A stretch of 64,000 bases of DNA from a virus (Duplodnaviria > Caudoviricetes). This document shows, piece after piece, positions 49,026-57,833 of this stretch. A program made the position numbers and the translations under genes. Location: positions 288,001 to 352,000 of IMG/VR virus record IMGVR_UViG_3300014204_013734; one strand, 5' to 3'. Under the pieces are notes generated by a model that worked only from the letters and a program-made list of their open reading frames with translations, had not been told where the DNA came from and searched no databases. Within the stretch, counting starts at the first letter, position 1. Every line of letters starts with the position of its first letter.

Positions 49026-51074
49026 ATGCCTAGCTTTATCAAAACCCCTGCCGACGAAAAACTTTGGGACCGTGCAAAACAACTTGCCGAAGAGCAAGGT
49101 CACAAGGAAGATTGGCCTTACGTGACCGGCATCTATAAGCGGATGCACGGCGGCAAAGTAGCCTTCTCCCAAGAAGACTTCAAAGAAGACCTCAAGAACT
49201 TAGCTTCCTTCATAGCTTCCAAAACGGGTCTGAAAGATTGGGAAATTGAAAACGACAGGATCAATTTCCGCGTTTCGGACAAGAATTTCACCATGGTCGT
49301 TGAAAGTTCAAAGATCAAAAAACTTTCTTATCTTGTGGATGGTATTTACCTCCGGATGGTTTTCAGCCAGGGGTTTAAACATCCTTTCTTTAATATCCTA
49401 GTGAGAACTTTGTTTGAAAAAAAATTCTATCAAACCCCTACCCCTCGTGAAGCAAAGCAGGAAAAGACTTCCTTTGAAGGCATCACCGATTCTGAATACG
49501 CAAAACTTCATGACAGTGCCCTCAAGGCAGGAAACGCCGCCATGAAGGCTGTGACCGAATGGCTCCAAACAGACAAAGGGAATGAAGAAAAGTTTGCCCT
49601 CTTGAAAAAGAAGTTTGCTTCTTTTTTGACAAAATGGGGGACAGGGGACAAGATCGGGAATGTGTCCAACGTTGTAGTCATGTCCAGGAATTATCAGGCT
49701 GGCCTCGCCAATCCCGTTGAAATAGGGGTTGTTCTCAACAAAGCGGAAATCAGGAAGGCATTTGAAGACGATAAACCTTGGCCTACCATCAGACTTTTCC
49801 AACTGGTGTGGAAGAACAAGGACACTGGGGAAATCAAGAAATCCACCTTAGCTGAAACCCCCAATATGCTGTATCGGTTGTCCAAACGAACGAACGTGTT
49901 TGATGAACCTGTAAAGGCCATCAAAGAATTCAACGTTGACATCGTCGGGGCCTGGTTGGAAAACCTCGGGTACACGGACGGCAAAGAACAAGGTCTGAAC
50001 GCTTTCAAGAAGACTTTCGGGTCGTCCTTCACATCTTCAAAATCATCAGCGGTCCTTTCCACCTGGTCAGACATTCCTGGGTTAGTTGGTCAAAAGCTGG
50101 TCAAGGTTTCACCCCCGCCGTTGGATCCTGATTGCGGGACGACGTTGACGTTTGAAGATGGCACGGAAGTGTTTGTCCACACGGATGCCTGTCATGGCAT
50201 GACAGAAGAAGAACGCATCATGTGGGATTCGGCCCAAGATGACTGGTACGGGATGAAAGAAGAACTCGGTGCAAAGAAAGCCTGCTGGATCAACGACCCC
50301 TGGGATATGTCCAAACTCGTCGGGGCGAAGGTTGTGTCCCTGGATAATGCCGTTCCCGAAGGGGTTGTCATCCGATTTGACAACGGGGTTGAAGTCAGGG
50401 CACATTTTGACGGGGTACGGAAGACCGCAAGAGGCAAATCCAGATATCAGTTTGAAAAAGGTGTAGCAGAAGGCAAGAAACTTCCAAGCACCGAAGAAGA
50501 ATTTAAACATCGGCAGAACGTGGCCCGGCGGGTCCTAAAACTGGTGAAATCCGACGAAGCAATTCTGGTCAAGTTCATTGCTGATCCGGGACAGGATCCG
50601 AAAATAGTCAAACACATCCTATCGGAGATTGACAACATAGCCTTCGCGCTTGGAGTCATTCAGGGAATGGCCTCAGTCTGGAGGTCGGCTTCCATGGCCA
50701 GGAAAGGGTCAGATCTGATCTGGGATAGGTTTGACGAAGGCGTGGAAAGTGCACAAGTGGTTTCAAGGTCGGAATTTGAGTATCAACGGAAAGTGGCCAA
50801 GATGTTTCTTAAGCTGTTCAGGGAAAAACTTGCTACCCTCAGCAGTCACATTGCAGACCCGGAAGAAGAACCCATGATTGCGTTGCAGTTCTTGGACGCC
50901 GCTTCCGATTTGGCATATTTTCTTGGAGATCTTCACGGGATGACACGGAAGGTGAAGATGGCGAAATCTATCCGTAAAGTAGCCCAGGAATGGGAAGCTT
51001 TGCGCACCCACCCCTTGACTGTACGGGAGATTGCTATCAAATGGATGGAAAGAAACCTGTGGAGAATGACATGA
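49026..51074 (+). CDS. Mosaic multi-module protein with two internal duplications (putative virion cargo polyprotein)
   Basis: GGAGG RBS; modules joined by KVAF/KKAC/KTAR/KMAK; C-terminal KVAQEW and EIAIKW tags. Confidence 0.75.
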   Translation: MPSFIKTPADEKLWDRAKQLAEEQGHKEDWPYVTGIYKRMHGGKVAFSQEDFKEDLKNLASFIASKTGLKDWEIENDRINFRVSDKNFTMVVESSKIKKLSYLVDGIYLRMVFSQGFKHPFFNILVRTLFEKKFYQTPTPREAKQEKTSFEGITDSEYAKLHDSALKAGNAAMKAVTEWLQTDKGNEEKFALLKKKFASFLTKWGTGDKIGNVSNVVVMSRNYQAGLANPVEIGVVLNKAEIRKAFEDDKPWPTIRLFQLVWKNKDTGEIKKSTLAETPNMLYRLSKRTNVFDEPVKAIKEFNVDIVGAWLENLGYTDGKEQGLNAFKKTFGSSFTSSKSSAVLSTWSDIPGLVGQKLVKVSPPPLDPDCGTTLTFEDGTEVFVHTDACHGMTEEERIMWDSAQDDWYGMKEELGAKKACWINDPWDMSKLVGAKVVSLDNAVPEGVVIRFDNGVEVRAHFDGVRKTARGKSRYQFEKGVAEGKKLPSTEEEFKHRQNVARRVLKLVKSDEAILVKFIADPGQDPKIVKHILSEIDNIAFALGVIQGMASVWRSASMARKGSDLIWDRFDEGVESAQVVSRSEFEYQRKVAKMFLKLFREKLATLSSHIADPEEEPMIALQFLDAASDLAYFLGDLHGMTRKVKMAKSIRKVAQEWEALRTHPLTVREIAIKWMERNLWRMT

Positions 51075-52213
51075 CGAACACATCAAAGAAAATAGGCACG
51101 GAAAAGATTCCCGGCGGTTTAGCCAAAGGAATGAAACCTTCCGACTTTGACCCTGCCGCTTTGGCCAAAGGAACTAGGGTCGAAATGGAACACACGGATG
51201 ACCCTGCCATAGCTAAAGAAATCGCATCCGATCATCTTACTGAAGACCAACGTTACTACGATAAATTGGAGCAAATGGAGAAGAAAGCAGTCAACAAAGT
51301 AGCTGATAAATGGCTGCAAAAGATGGCGGCCGAAGTCGGCACCGACACGGCAACCATTTGGGCCCTTGCCCCTGAAAGTCTTGCACGTCTGTTCAGGAAC
51401 AATGGTTGGATGGGTTTGTTTCACAAAACGTACACCAACAAGCAAGGTTCTGAAATTGACTTTTCCTTGCTGGATCAGGGTATCCGGGAACATGGGGGAG
51501 CGGTGTTCCTTACCGGTGGGGACGGCATCTACGACATAACCATCCCGACACAAGCAGGGGAAATGCCTATCGTCAGGGAAGATGGGTTCCTGCCCCCTTA
51601 CGGGACACCAACTTACGGTGAAGACAAAACGGTTCAAAAAGAATCCTTGCGTGATGCCTTGGCAGCTTACGCCCATGACACTTGGAGCCGATGGGTACGG
51701 TACCAATTCACTATCGGGAAAAAAAACCTAGACGGCAGCTTTACGATTCCGCCAGACAAAGTGGCCCGGTGGGACCGTCAAATGAACACCCCATTCGACG
51801 AATTACCGCCGGATGAAACCCCTTCAGATTACGAGGAAGCCGATAAGATATTGGCCATCCTATACCGCCCCAAAACAGGGTTCAACAGGTCAGCACAGAT
51901 GACTTGGCGTGTAGACCAAGCCAAACTAAGGTCCAAGCTCCCGTCCCTTGTCAAGGCCGTGACGGACATGATCAACAAGGCTAAAATCCCGTTTGATCTT
52001 CTCCAGAAAACGACCTTCTTCCGGGAACTGGCGCCGGAACATCTTCCCCAGGAACGGTTGGAAAACACCGTATGGGTGAAGGGTAATGGGGTGTTCCCCC
52101 AAGGGGAGGATTCCGAAGTCCTGTTTGACTATTTCATGCAAGTCTGTGCGGCCATCAACGAAGAGCTCCTTGAAAAGGGTGTCATTGGCCCGAAGACACG
52201 GAGAGACCGATGA
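51071..52213 (+). CDS. Multi-module protein with N-terminal DUF5661-like domain
   Basis: GGLA...KGTRVEMEHT...EIASDHLTE..YY; KVADKWLQKMA tag; ATGA overlap. Confidence 0.75.
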   Translation: MTNTSKKIGTEKIPGGLAKGMKPSDFDPAALAKGTRVEMEHTDDPAIAKEIASDHLTEDQRYYDKLEQMEKKAVNKVADKWLQKMAAEVGTDTATIWALAPESLARLFRNNGWMGLFHKTYTNKQGSEIDFSLLDQGIREHGGAVFLTGGDGIYDITIPTQAGEMPIVREDGFLPPYGTPTYGEDKTVQKESLRDALAAYAHDTWSRWVRYQFTIGKKNLDGSFTIPPDKVARWDRQMNTPFDELPPDETPSDYEEADKILAILYRPKTGFNRSAQMTWRVDQAKLRSKLPSLVKAVTDMINKAKIPFDLLQKTTFFRELAPEHLPQERLENTVWVKGNGVFPQGEDSEVLFDYFMQVCAAINEELLEKGVIGPKTRRDR

Positions 52214-52422
52214 AGAAGTGGTGGATCACCGGGGACACCTATGATATCCAGGATTCAATCAAACGAGCTTTTCGGGGCACTTGGTTTGACAAAGCCCGGA
52301 AAGGTTGGGTGATTGAAAAGGATTCCCCGAAAAGCATCCTACAATTCTTGGAAGGATTCCCCCGGCAACATTTGACCGTCCTGGACGAAGACGGAAAGCC
52401 CATCAGTTTGTCCAAATACTGA
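52210..52422 (+). CDS. Small hypothetical protein (TYDIQDSIK...WFD...KGW)
   Basis: ATGA-coupled ORF. Confidence 0.55.
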   Translation: MKKWWITGDTYDIQDSIKRAFRGTWFDKARKGWVIEKDSPKSILQFLEGFPRQHLTVLDEDGKPISLSKY

Positions 52423-52430
52423 AATCCTGA

Positions 52431-52763
52431 TTACAGGTTGAAGAGTCCCTTGATTTTCTTGACGTATGCCTGGGGGTCGGGTTTGCGTGACGGTTCTCGG
52501 TAAGGGTTCAAACTTGCCCAATTTGCCCCTTCCATAAAAGCGTAGACGAATCGTTCCAAGGTTTCCAAACCCTCTTCGTTGAGTGCCTCATCCTTCTGGA
52601 TTTCAAATTTCAAAACCTCATCATCAGAAAGGGTAACGTGAAACACGCACCCTTTCGTTAGTTCGGGCCACCGTTTCTTGAATGCTTTTACGGCAGCTTT
52701 CCCCCATTCAGGCCATTCCGCAGATTTGGTTTTGTTGGTCGCCGACCAGGAGAAGCAGGTCAT
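52431..52763 (-). CDS. Hypothetical protein
   Basis: Last gene of the minus-strand cluster. Confidence 0.6.
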   Translation of the reverse strand: MTCFSWSATNKTKSAEWPEWGKAAVKAFKKRWPELTKGCVFHVTLSDDEVLKFEIQKDEALNEEGLETLERFVYAFMEGANWASLNPYREPSRKPDPQAYVKKIKGLFNL

Positions 52764-52769
52764 GCGATT

Positions 52770-52946
52770 TCATTCCTGCCCGTCATTATCCCAATTTCCG
52801 CAACCAAAATCGGTTGCCTTGACCGGTGTCGGGTTTTTTTGATCTTCTTTTCCTGGTTCTTGTCCTTTGTAAGGGCACCATCCGTTAACGTCATTTTCGG
52901 AAAAGATGAACGCAAGACACGTTCCGCAAGTTTTTTCAGAATTCAT
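52770..52946 (-). CDS. Small 4-Cys protein (58 aa; below the ORF-track cut-off)
   Basis: Hand translation MNSEKTCGTC...GWC...FGCGNW; GAGGAGG RBS. Confidence 0.6.
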   Translation of the reverse strand: MNSEKTCGTCLAFIFSENDVNGWCPYKGQEPGKEDQKNPTPVKATDFGCGNWDNDGQE

Positions 52947-52961
52947 GTTCCTTCCTCCTCT

Positions 52962-53726
52962 TTAAGCGATTTTGAACAGCATCCGGATGCGATCAGGATC
53001 AATCACGATTCCGGCAGTCTTGGCGGCATCCCCGGCTTCCTTGCCAACCTTCAAATCAGGCAAGGCTTCCGGTGAGATTTGGTAACGTGTGTACAAACCG
53101 ATTGGCAACATAGCCCTAATTACATCCTTCGCGGCAGACTTCGGTTTCTTCCGATTCGTCCAGGGAGAAGATTTTTCCAACACCTTTTCCCCGAGCTTGA
53201 CCCCATCAAGGTAAATGGCGCCGGGTTGGGGGGAACGGGGATCGTCGGGACGGGCAGCTCCAACATACACCTTGACCCCTTTGACGGGCACTCCGTTCAC
53301 CTTGAGGGGTTCCCAAACGGGATCAGGAAGGTCCGAACGGTCGTCCCAACTGTCTTTTGACCCGCTGTCTTGGAGAACGCGCCGGAACTGTTCCTGGATT
53401 TCCTGGATGGCTACCGCCGCATCCTGGATTGTCATGTCGGCATGTCCGGCGTCCAGGGTCGCTTGGGCAATGTCCTGAATGAAATGAGGGCTTTTCGCCA
53501 TCAGATCTTCCAGCTTCCGTTCGGACCGTTCAACCAGGGCCTTGTATTGGAACCCTGCCCAAACAAGGACGTGGACCAGATCGTCCCCGTACACCTGCCG
53601 GTCGCTGGCTTTGCCCCGTTCAACGCCCTTCTTGCGGACGACTACGGATACCAAGGTTCCTTGACCGGAATCCCCGATTTCCGAAAGTGTTCCGGCAAGT
53701 CCTGAATGCAATGCGTTCGTTTCCAT
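52962..53726 (-). CDS. Hypothetical protein
   Basis: 254-aa ORF with GAGG RBS. Confidence 0.7.
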   Translation of the reverse strand: METNALHSGLAGTLSEIGDSGQGTLVSVVVRKKGVERGKASDRQVYGDDLVHVLVWAGFQYKALVERSERKLEDLMAKSPHFIQDIAQATLDAGHADMTIQDAAVAIQEIQEQFRRVLQDSGSKDSWDDRSDLPDPVWEPLKVNGVPVKGVKVYVGAARPDDPRSPQPGAIYLDGVKLGEKVLEKSSPWTNRKKPKSAAKDVIRAMLPIGLYTRYQISPEALPDLKVGKEAGDAAKTAGIVIDPDRIRMLFKIA

Positions 53727-53744
53727 TTTTTCACCTCGTGAAAG

Positions 53745-54440
53745 TCACTTCTGACCACCTGTTTCCAGACGGGCAACTTGTTCCAAACCTATTTTGATTC
53801 GTTCCTCTTCTTTGCCAGGGGCACACACAACTACCCAATCCCAATCGTTGTCACACCAAGCAAACGCTGCCGCCCGGTCCGTCGTCGTGAACATCGGAAT
53901 GTTAAGAACCGGGTCCGTTATGACCCGGTAGCAGATGAACTGTTTGCCGTCCGGGCGTTCCCATACGGAATGGGTTATCTTGACATGCAAGGCTTTTGTC
54001 CCGGTATCCAGAGAAACCAAGAACCTAGCCGAATGGAGATGGGCTTGCCCATTTTCATCCTTGACAGCCATTGTCCAAAACCGGTTGACGGGCCAAGCCC
54101 CTTCTTTCATCAAACGGATTTTGGTTTCAATGCGGTTTTCCTTGACTTTATTATCCTGCTTGTCGAACCACATTTGTTCAACGCAGGATTGCTTGTTTCT
54201 GCATGCCCGGATCACGACGGACATGATCGGAGGCCAAAACAGGATCATAGCCAAAAACACCAGTAGGTGTTTCCACCATATAGGGGGTTCTGACGATATT
54301 TCATCAGATAGCAGCCGTTGCATATCCAACACGTAAGCCGGATTTCTAATCGCAGCCGCGATTTCCATCAGGATAAATAGAACCAGGGTCAGTGCCCCCA
54401 ACCCAACCCATGCAATCAATGCCGTCGACAAAAAACTCAT
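53745..54440 (-). CDS. Membrane protein (two N-terminal TM segments)
   Basis: GGAGG RBS before ATG 54440; hydrophobic stretches. Confidence 0.65.
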   Translation of the reverse strand: MSFLSTALIAWVGLGALTLVLFILMEIAAAIRNPAYVLDMQRLLSDEISSEPPIWWKHLLVFLAMILFWPPIMSVVIRACRNKQSCVEQMWFDKQDNKVKENRIETKIRLMKEGAWPVNRFWTMAVKDENGQAHLHSARFLVSLDTGTKALHVKITHSVWERPDGKQFICYRVITDPVLNIPMFTTTDRAAAFAWCDNDWDWVVVCAPGKEEERIKIGLEQVARLETGGQK

Positions 54441-54485
54441 GTGCAACCTCCAGTAAGAACCCCTTCTTTCAATACCCAAAACAGT

Positions 54486-54689
54486 TCAGATATCTTCGTC
54501 CTGATCTGTATCTTCCTGATCCGTTTCTTCTTCTTCCAGAAGTTCCTCAGATTCGTCTTCCATTTCTCGTTCCCGTGTGGCTTCCCTTAGACGCCGTGCT
54601 GTCGTTTCGTGGGGGCCGGCCTTGCGTCGTTTTGAAGGAACAACGTAAGGATTCCGGGGCTTTGAAGTGGGAACGTGAAGTCGCTTCAT
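54486..54689 (-). CDS. Small protein with basic N-terminus (KPRNPY...RKAGPH) and acidic tail
   Basis: ATGA-coupled to the NYN gene. Confidence 0.6.
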   Translation of the reverse strand: MKRLHVPTSKPRNPYVVPSKRRKAGPHETTARRLREATREREMEDESEELLEEEETDQEDTDQDEDI

Positions 54690-55591
54690 GAAGGAATTCC
54701 TTCATCAGAGTCACTCTTTGTTTCTTCAACGGCAGGTTCTGCATATTCCGTCGGCGGTGTCGGCGGCGCATCCGAATGTTCGGTTTTGGAAATAAAAACC
54801 AGGTTCTTTCCGGTAGGGGTTTCCTGGATTTCCACAATCCCCTTAAGCTGGAGCCGGTGGAGGGTTGCAATCCTCTTTTGACCGTCCCTTAGACGGCCGT
54901 TGGCAAAAACCCATTTGGATATGAAGTACCCAACACTTACAAAGGGAAATCTGGCCATTGCATTCTTCAACTCTGAAATAAAGATTTTTTCGTCCAAGGC
55001 GTTTTGCTCTGCTTCATCAAGCGTTTCCGTTTCAGGTCGGAAAATAATCTGTGCGGGTTCAAATGCGGCCGCTTGTCCTTTAACAGCTTCTTCCAAGGCG
55101 AGACAACCGTAAGCCGCCTGCCTGATTCTTGCGGACGTACCGTTTGCCCAAACGGCAGCCCATCCGGTTTTTCCAAAGATACGGATGGCATCCAACGCTG
55201 GAGCCATGTCAGCATCTCCCGACACGACAATGGCGGCATCATAGAGGTCCAACGCAGCCATTCTGACGATGTCGGCCACCATGGTCGTGTCAACTTCCTT
55301 TTCCACAACCTTTTCGTGAGCTTTCCCACATTCCGGGCACCACACGGTGCCTGTTTTCAGTGGAAATCTGCTGACAAAGAACCCTTCCAGCTTTTCCATG
55401 TCGTCTAAAGACACATCAATGCCCGTTCCGGGCACCGTTCCCAGGTAGTATCGGGCTTCGACCAACCGGGTCCCTCCAATTTTCTTTACGAGAAAATCCG
55501 CTAATTGAGCCCAGTCCAGTAAACCCCCATGCACTTCGCCTTTGCTAAGATGATGGAAATTTTGTCCATCGATGAAAATGGCGACTCTCAT
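54686..55591 (-). CDS. NYN (LabA/DUF88, PIN-like) ribonuclease with CxxC insert and possible C-terminal wHTH
   Basis: IFIDGQN, EKEVDT and VSGDADM motifs. Confidence 0.88.
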   Translation of the reverse strand: MRVAIFIDGQNFHHLSKGEVHGGLLDWAQLADFLVKKIGGTRLVEARYYLGTVPGTGIDVSLDDMEKLEGFFVSRFPLKTGTVWCPECGKAHEKVVEKEVDTTMVADIVRMAALDLYDAAIVVSGDADMAPALDAIRIFGKTGWAAVWANGTSARIRQAAYGCLALEEAVKGQAAAFEPAQIIFRPETETLDEAEQNALDEKIFISELKNAMARFPFVSVGYFISKWVFANGRLRDGQKRIATLHRLQLKGIVEIQETPTGKNLVFISKTEHSDAPPTPPTEYAEPAVEETKSDSDEGIPS

Positions 55592-55644
55592 TAGAAACCG
55601 TTCCTTTCTTAATTAAGACTAAAAACCAATCTTTCCCGCCTAAA

Positions 55645-55672
55645 CTACCCGAAACCATCTCGTTCCAAGCCG
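55645..55672 (-). promoter_or_regulatory. Bipartite motif CGGCTTGGAA-N12-GGGTAG
   Basis: One of six copies; divergent pair with 55684-55711. Confidence 0.8.
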
Positions 55673-55683
55673 GAAAAAAGTTA

Positions 55684-55711
55684 CGGCTTGGAATTCTATC
55701 GGAACCGGTAG
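55684..55711 (+). promoter_or_regulatory. Bipartite motif CGGCTTGGAA-N12-CGGTAG
   Basis: One of six copies. Confidence 0.8.
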
Positions 55712-55758
55712 TATGGGGTAGTTGCTACCGAAGGTAAGAATTTTTAGGAGGAAAGACC

Positions 55759-56703
55759 GTGAACTTCAATATCCAAGAACATACGATCTTCCGGTGTCTG
55801 TCCGGCAGTCACGCCTACGGCATGGCAACCCCTGAATCGGACGAGGATTTCAGGGGCGTGGCCATTCCGCCGAAGGAATACTTCCTCGGCTTCATGCAGC
55901 GGTTTGAACAGTCGGAATCGAAGCCCAGTCCGGGGCATGATGTTCCCGACGAAGTCATCTATGACATCCGAAAGTTTGTCTCCCTGGCGGCGGACAACAA
56001 CCCGAACGTCATGGAACTTTTGTTCATGCCCGAGGACACCATTGTCCATTCCACTCCGTGGTGGGAACGTCTGACGGCAATCAGGGAATCCTTCCTATCC
56101 ACCAGGGTCCGGTATACCTATGGTGGATATGCCGTGGCACAACTCAAGAGGATCCGGCAGCATCGGAACTATCTGCTGAATCCTCCGAAGAAACGGCCGG
56201 AACGGTCCGACTTTGGGCTCCCCGAAAACCAAGCTTTCGTCGATTTCAAGACCAAGGTGGAAGAAGCGAACAAGGCGGGGCTGGATGCCAGGGCCCTGTT
56301 CGGGGAGGACATCCAAAAGGAAGCACGGTATAACCGTGCCATGGCCGACTTCCATTCTTGGGAAACCTGGAAAAAGAACCGCAACCCGAAACGGGCCGAA
56401 CTGGAAGCCAAGTTTGGCTATGATTCAAAGCATGCGGCTCATTTAGTACGTCTCATGCGACAGGGTTGTGAAATCCTGGAAACCGGTAAGGTGTTTGTCC
56501 GGCGCCCTGATGCCGAAGAACTCCTGGCCATCCGTCGTGACGGCATCTGGTCTTATGACCAGTTGGTTGCCTACGCGGAAGAAATGGAAGCCCGTCTTTC
56601 CAAGATTTACGACGAAAAACTGTCCCCGCTTCCTGCGAATCCTGACCGAAAACGGATTGACGACACCGTCGTCGGAATCGTGTCGGATTTCCTGGGCTTG
56701 TAA
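55759..56703 (+). CDS. Pol-beta superfamily nucleotidyltransferase (YcgL/RlaP-like)
   Basis: GSHAYG...SDEDFRGV, NPNVME and GYDSKHAAHLVRL motifs. Confidence 0.88.
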   Translation: MNFNIQEHTIFRCLSGSHAYGMATPESDEDFRGVAIPPKEYFLGFMQRFEQSESKPSPGHDVPDEVIYDIRKFVSLAADNNPNVMELLFMPEDTIVHSTPWWERLTAIRESFLSTRVRYTYGGYAVAQLKRIRQHRNYLLNPPKKRPERSDFGLPENQAFVDFKTKVEEANKAGLDARALFGEDIQKEARYNRAMADFHSWETWKKNRNPKRAELEAKFGYDSKHAAHLVRLMRQGCEILETGKVFVRRPDAEELLAIRRDGIWSYDQLVAYAEEMEARLSKIYDEKLSPLPANPDRKRIDDTVVGIVSDFLGL

Positions 56704-56705
56704 TC

Positions 56706-56751
56706 ACTTTGGGGGTATTTTTGCCAGTACTGGCAAGAATACCCCCAAAGT
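56706..56751. repeat. 46-bp loopless palindrome (one mismatch)
   Basis: ACTTTGGGGGTATTTTTGCCAGT|ACTGGCAAGAATACCCCCAAAGT. Confidence 0.9.
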
Positions 56752-56838
56752 AGTCAATTATGGTTTTATTCGTTCCCCATTGGTGAAAGCACTGGCCGTT
56801 GTAAGGCCAATGGACACTTTTGGTGAGAAGGAAAAACC

Positions 56839-57807
56839 ATGAAATCCGAAGCCGCATTCAATCCCAAAGACATTGGCACGATCAAACCGCCCGCCCGCAT
56901 CGACCAAGAAGACGCTTGGCTTCTTGAAGACGTTGACCAACGTTGGTTTTCCGAAATGGAAAAGCTGTTCCACAAGGAAGCCGGTCTTCTGGGACGGGTT
57001 TCCAAATTAGCGGCCGACCGGCCCGAACTTCGGTCAAAGTTGGTCCCCTTTATCAAGATGGCAGGAATGACCGTCCCTGAAAGGTTTGCTTCCTTGAAGA
57101 AACTGGCCCACAAGCCCATCCTTGAAAAGACGGGTCTTACACCTCGTGCGGTTTCACAAGGGTTAGCGTTCATGGTCTACAACATCGACCAGGGAAGCAA
57201 CAAATCCAAGTTTTACGAAGGGCTTATCCTTGAGTCAGGGGGTGGGTTTAGGTTGATTCGGCGTTGGGGCGCCTTGACCGATTCCGCAGCGACGGGACGC
57301 ATTGACGGAGCGCAATTTGATGAAGACCCGCGGTTCCTGTTTTCGTCCCTTGGGACGGCGAAACGAGAACTTGCCGCCCATTTTGCTAAGCGCGTTTCCC
57401 ATGGCTACATAGACGCTTTCGGTCCTGAAACCCCTGTCAAAGGACAGTATCCGATTGGCCTGTCCAGGGATGTGGGTTTTGGATGGAACACACAGTCTAT
57501 CACCCGGTGTATTCCACAACTGAAGATCCTGATGAACTATTTCAGGGCGGCTCATGACGAAGTGAGAGAAACCGGAAAATCCGATCTCATCCAAGGCATC
57601 TTGGCAAAGGCCGTCAGAACGGTGAAGGAGGTCGCCCATGCTGACAGCAGCATGGCCCAATTGCTTATCAAGATGATGAAAAAACCCCTCCAGAGGGTCA
57701 AGGGCGACAAACGATTCATTCCTGATTTTGAAGGCCGTGCCCTTGCTATGGAACTTGAAGCAATCATCAGTTACCTGGACAAACAGATGTCTTTGTGCCG
57801 GGATTGA
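56839..57807 (+). CDS. WGR-domain protein with KLAADRPELRSKLVPFIKMA module
   Basis: NKSKFYE...LIRRWGAL matches the WGR pattern. Confidence 0.7.
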   Translation: MKSEAAFNPKDIGTIKPPARIDQEDAWLLEDVDQRWFSEMEKLFHKEAGLLGRVSKLAADRPELRSKLVPFIKMAGMTVPERFASLKKLAHKPILEKTGLTPRAVSQGLAFMVYNIDQGSNKSKFYEGLILESGGGFRLIRRWGALTDSAATGRIDGAQFDEDPRFLFSSLGTAKRELAAHFAKRVSHGYIDAFGPETPVKGQYPIGLSRDVGFGWNTQSITRCIPQLKILMNYFRAAHDEVRETGKSDLIQGILAKAVRTVKEVAHADSSMAQLLIKMMKKPLQRVKGDKRFIPDFEGRALAMELEAIISYLDKQMSLCRD

Positions 57808-57833
57808 CCTTTCAGGTAAAGGAAGGTTGAAAA

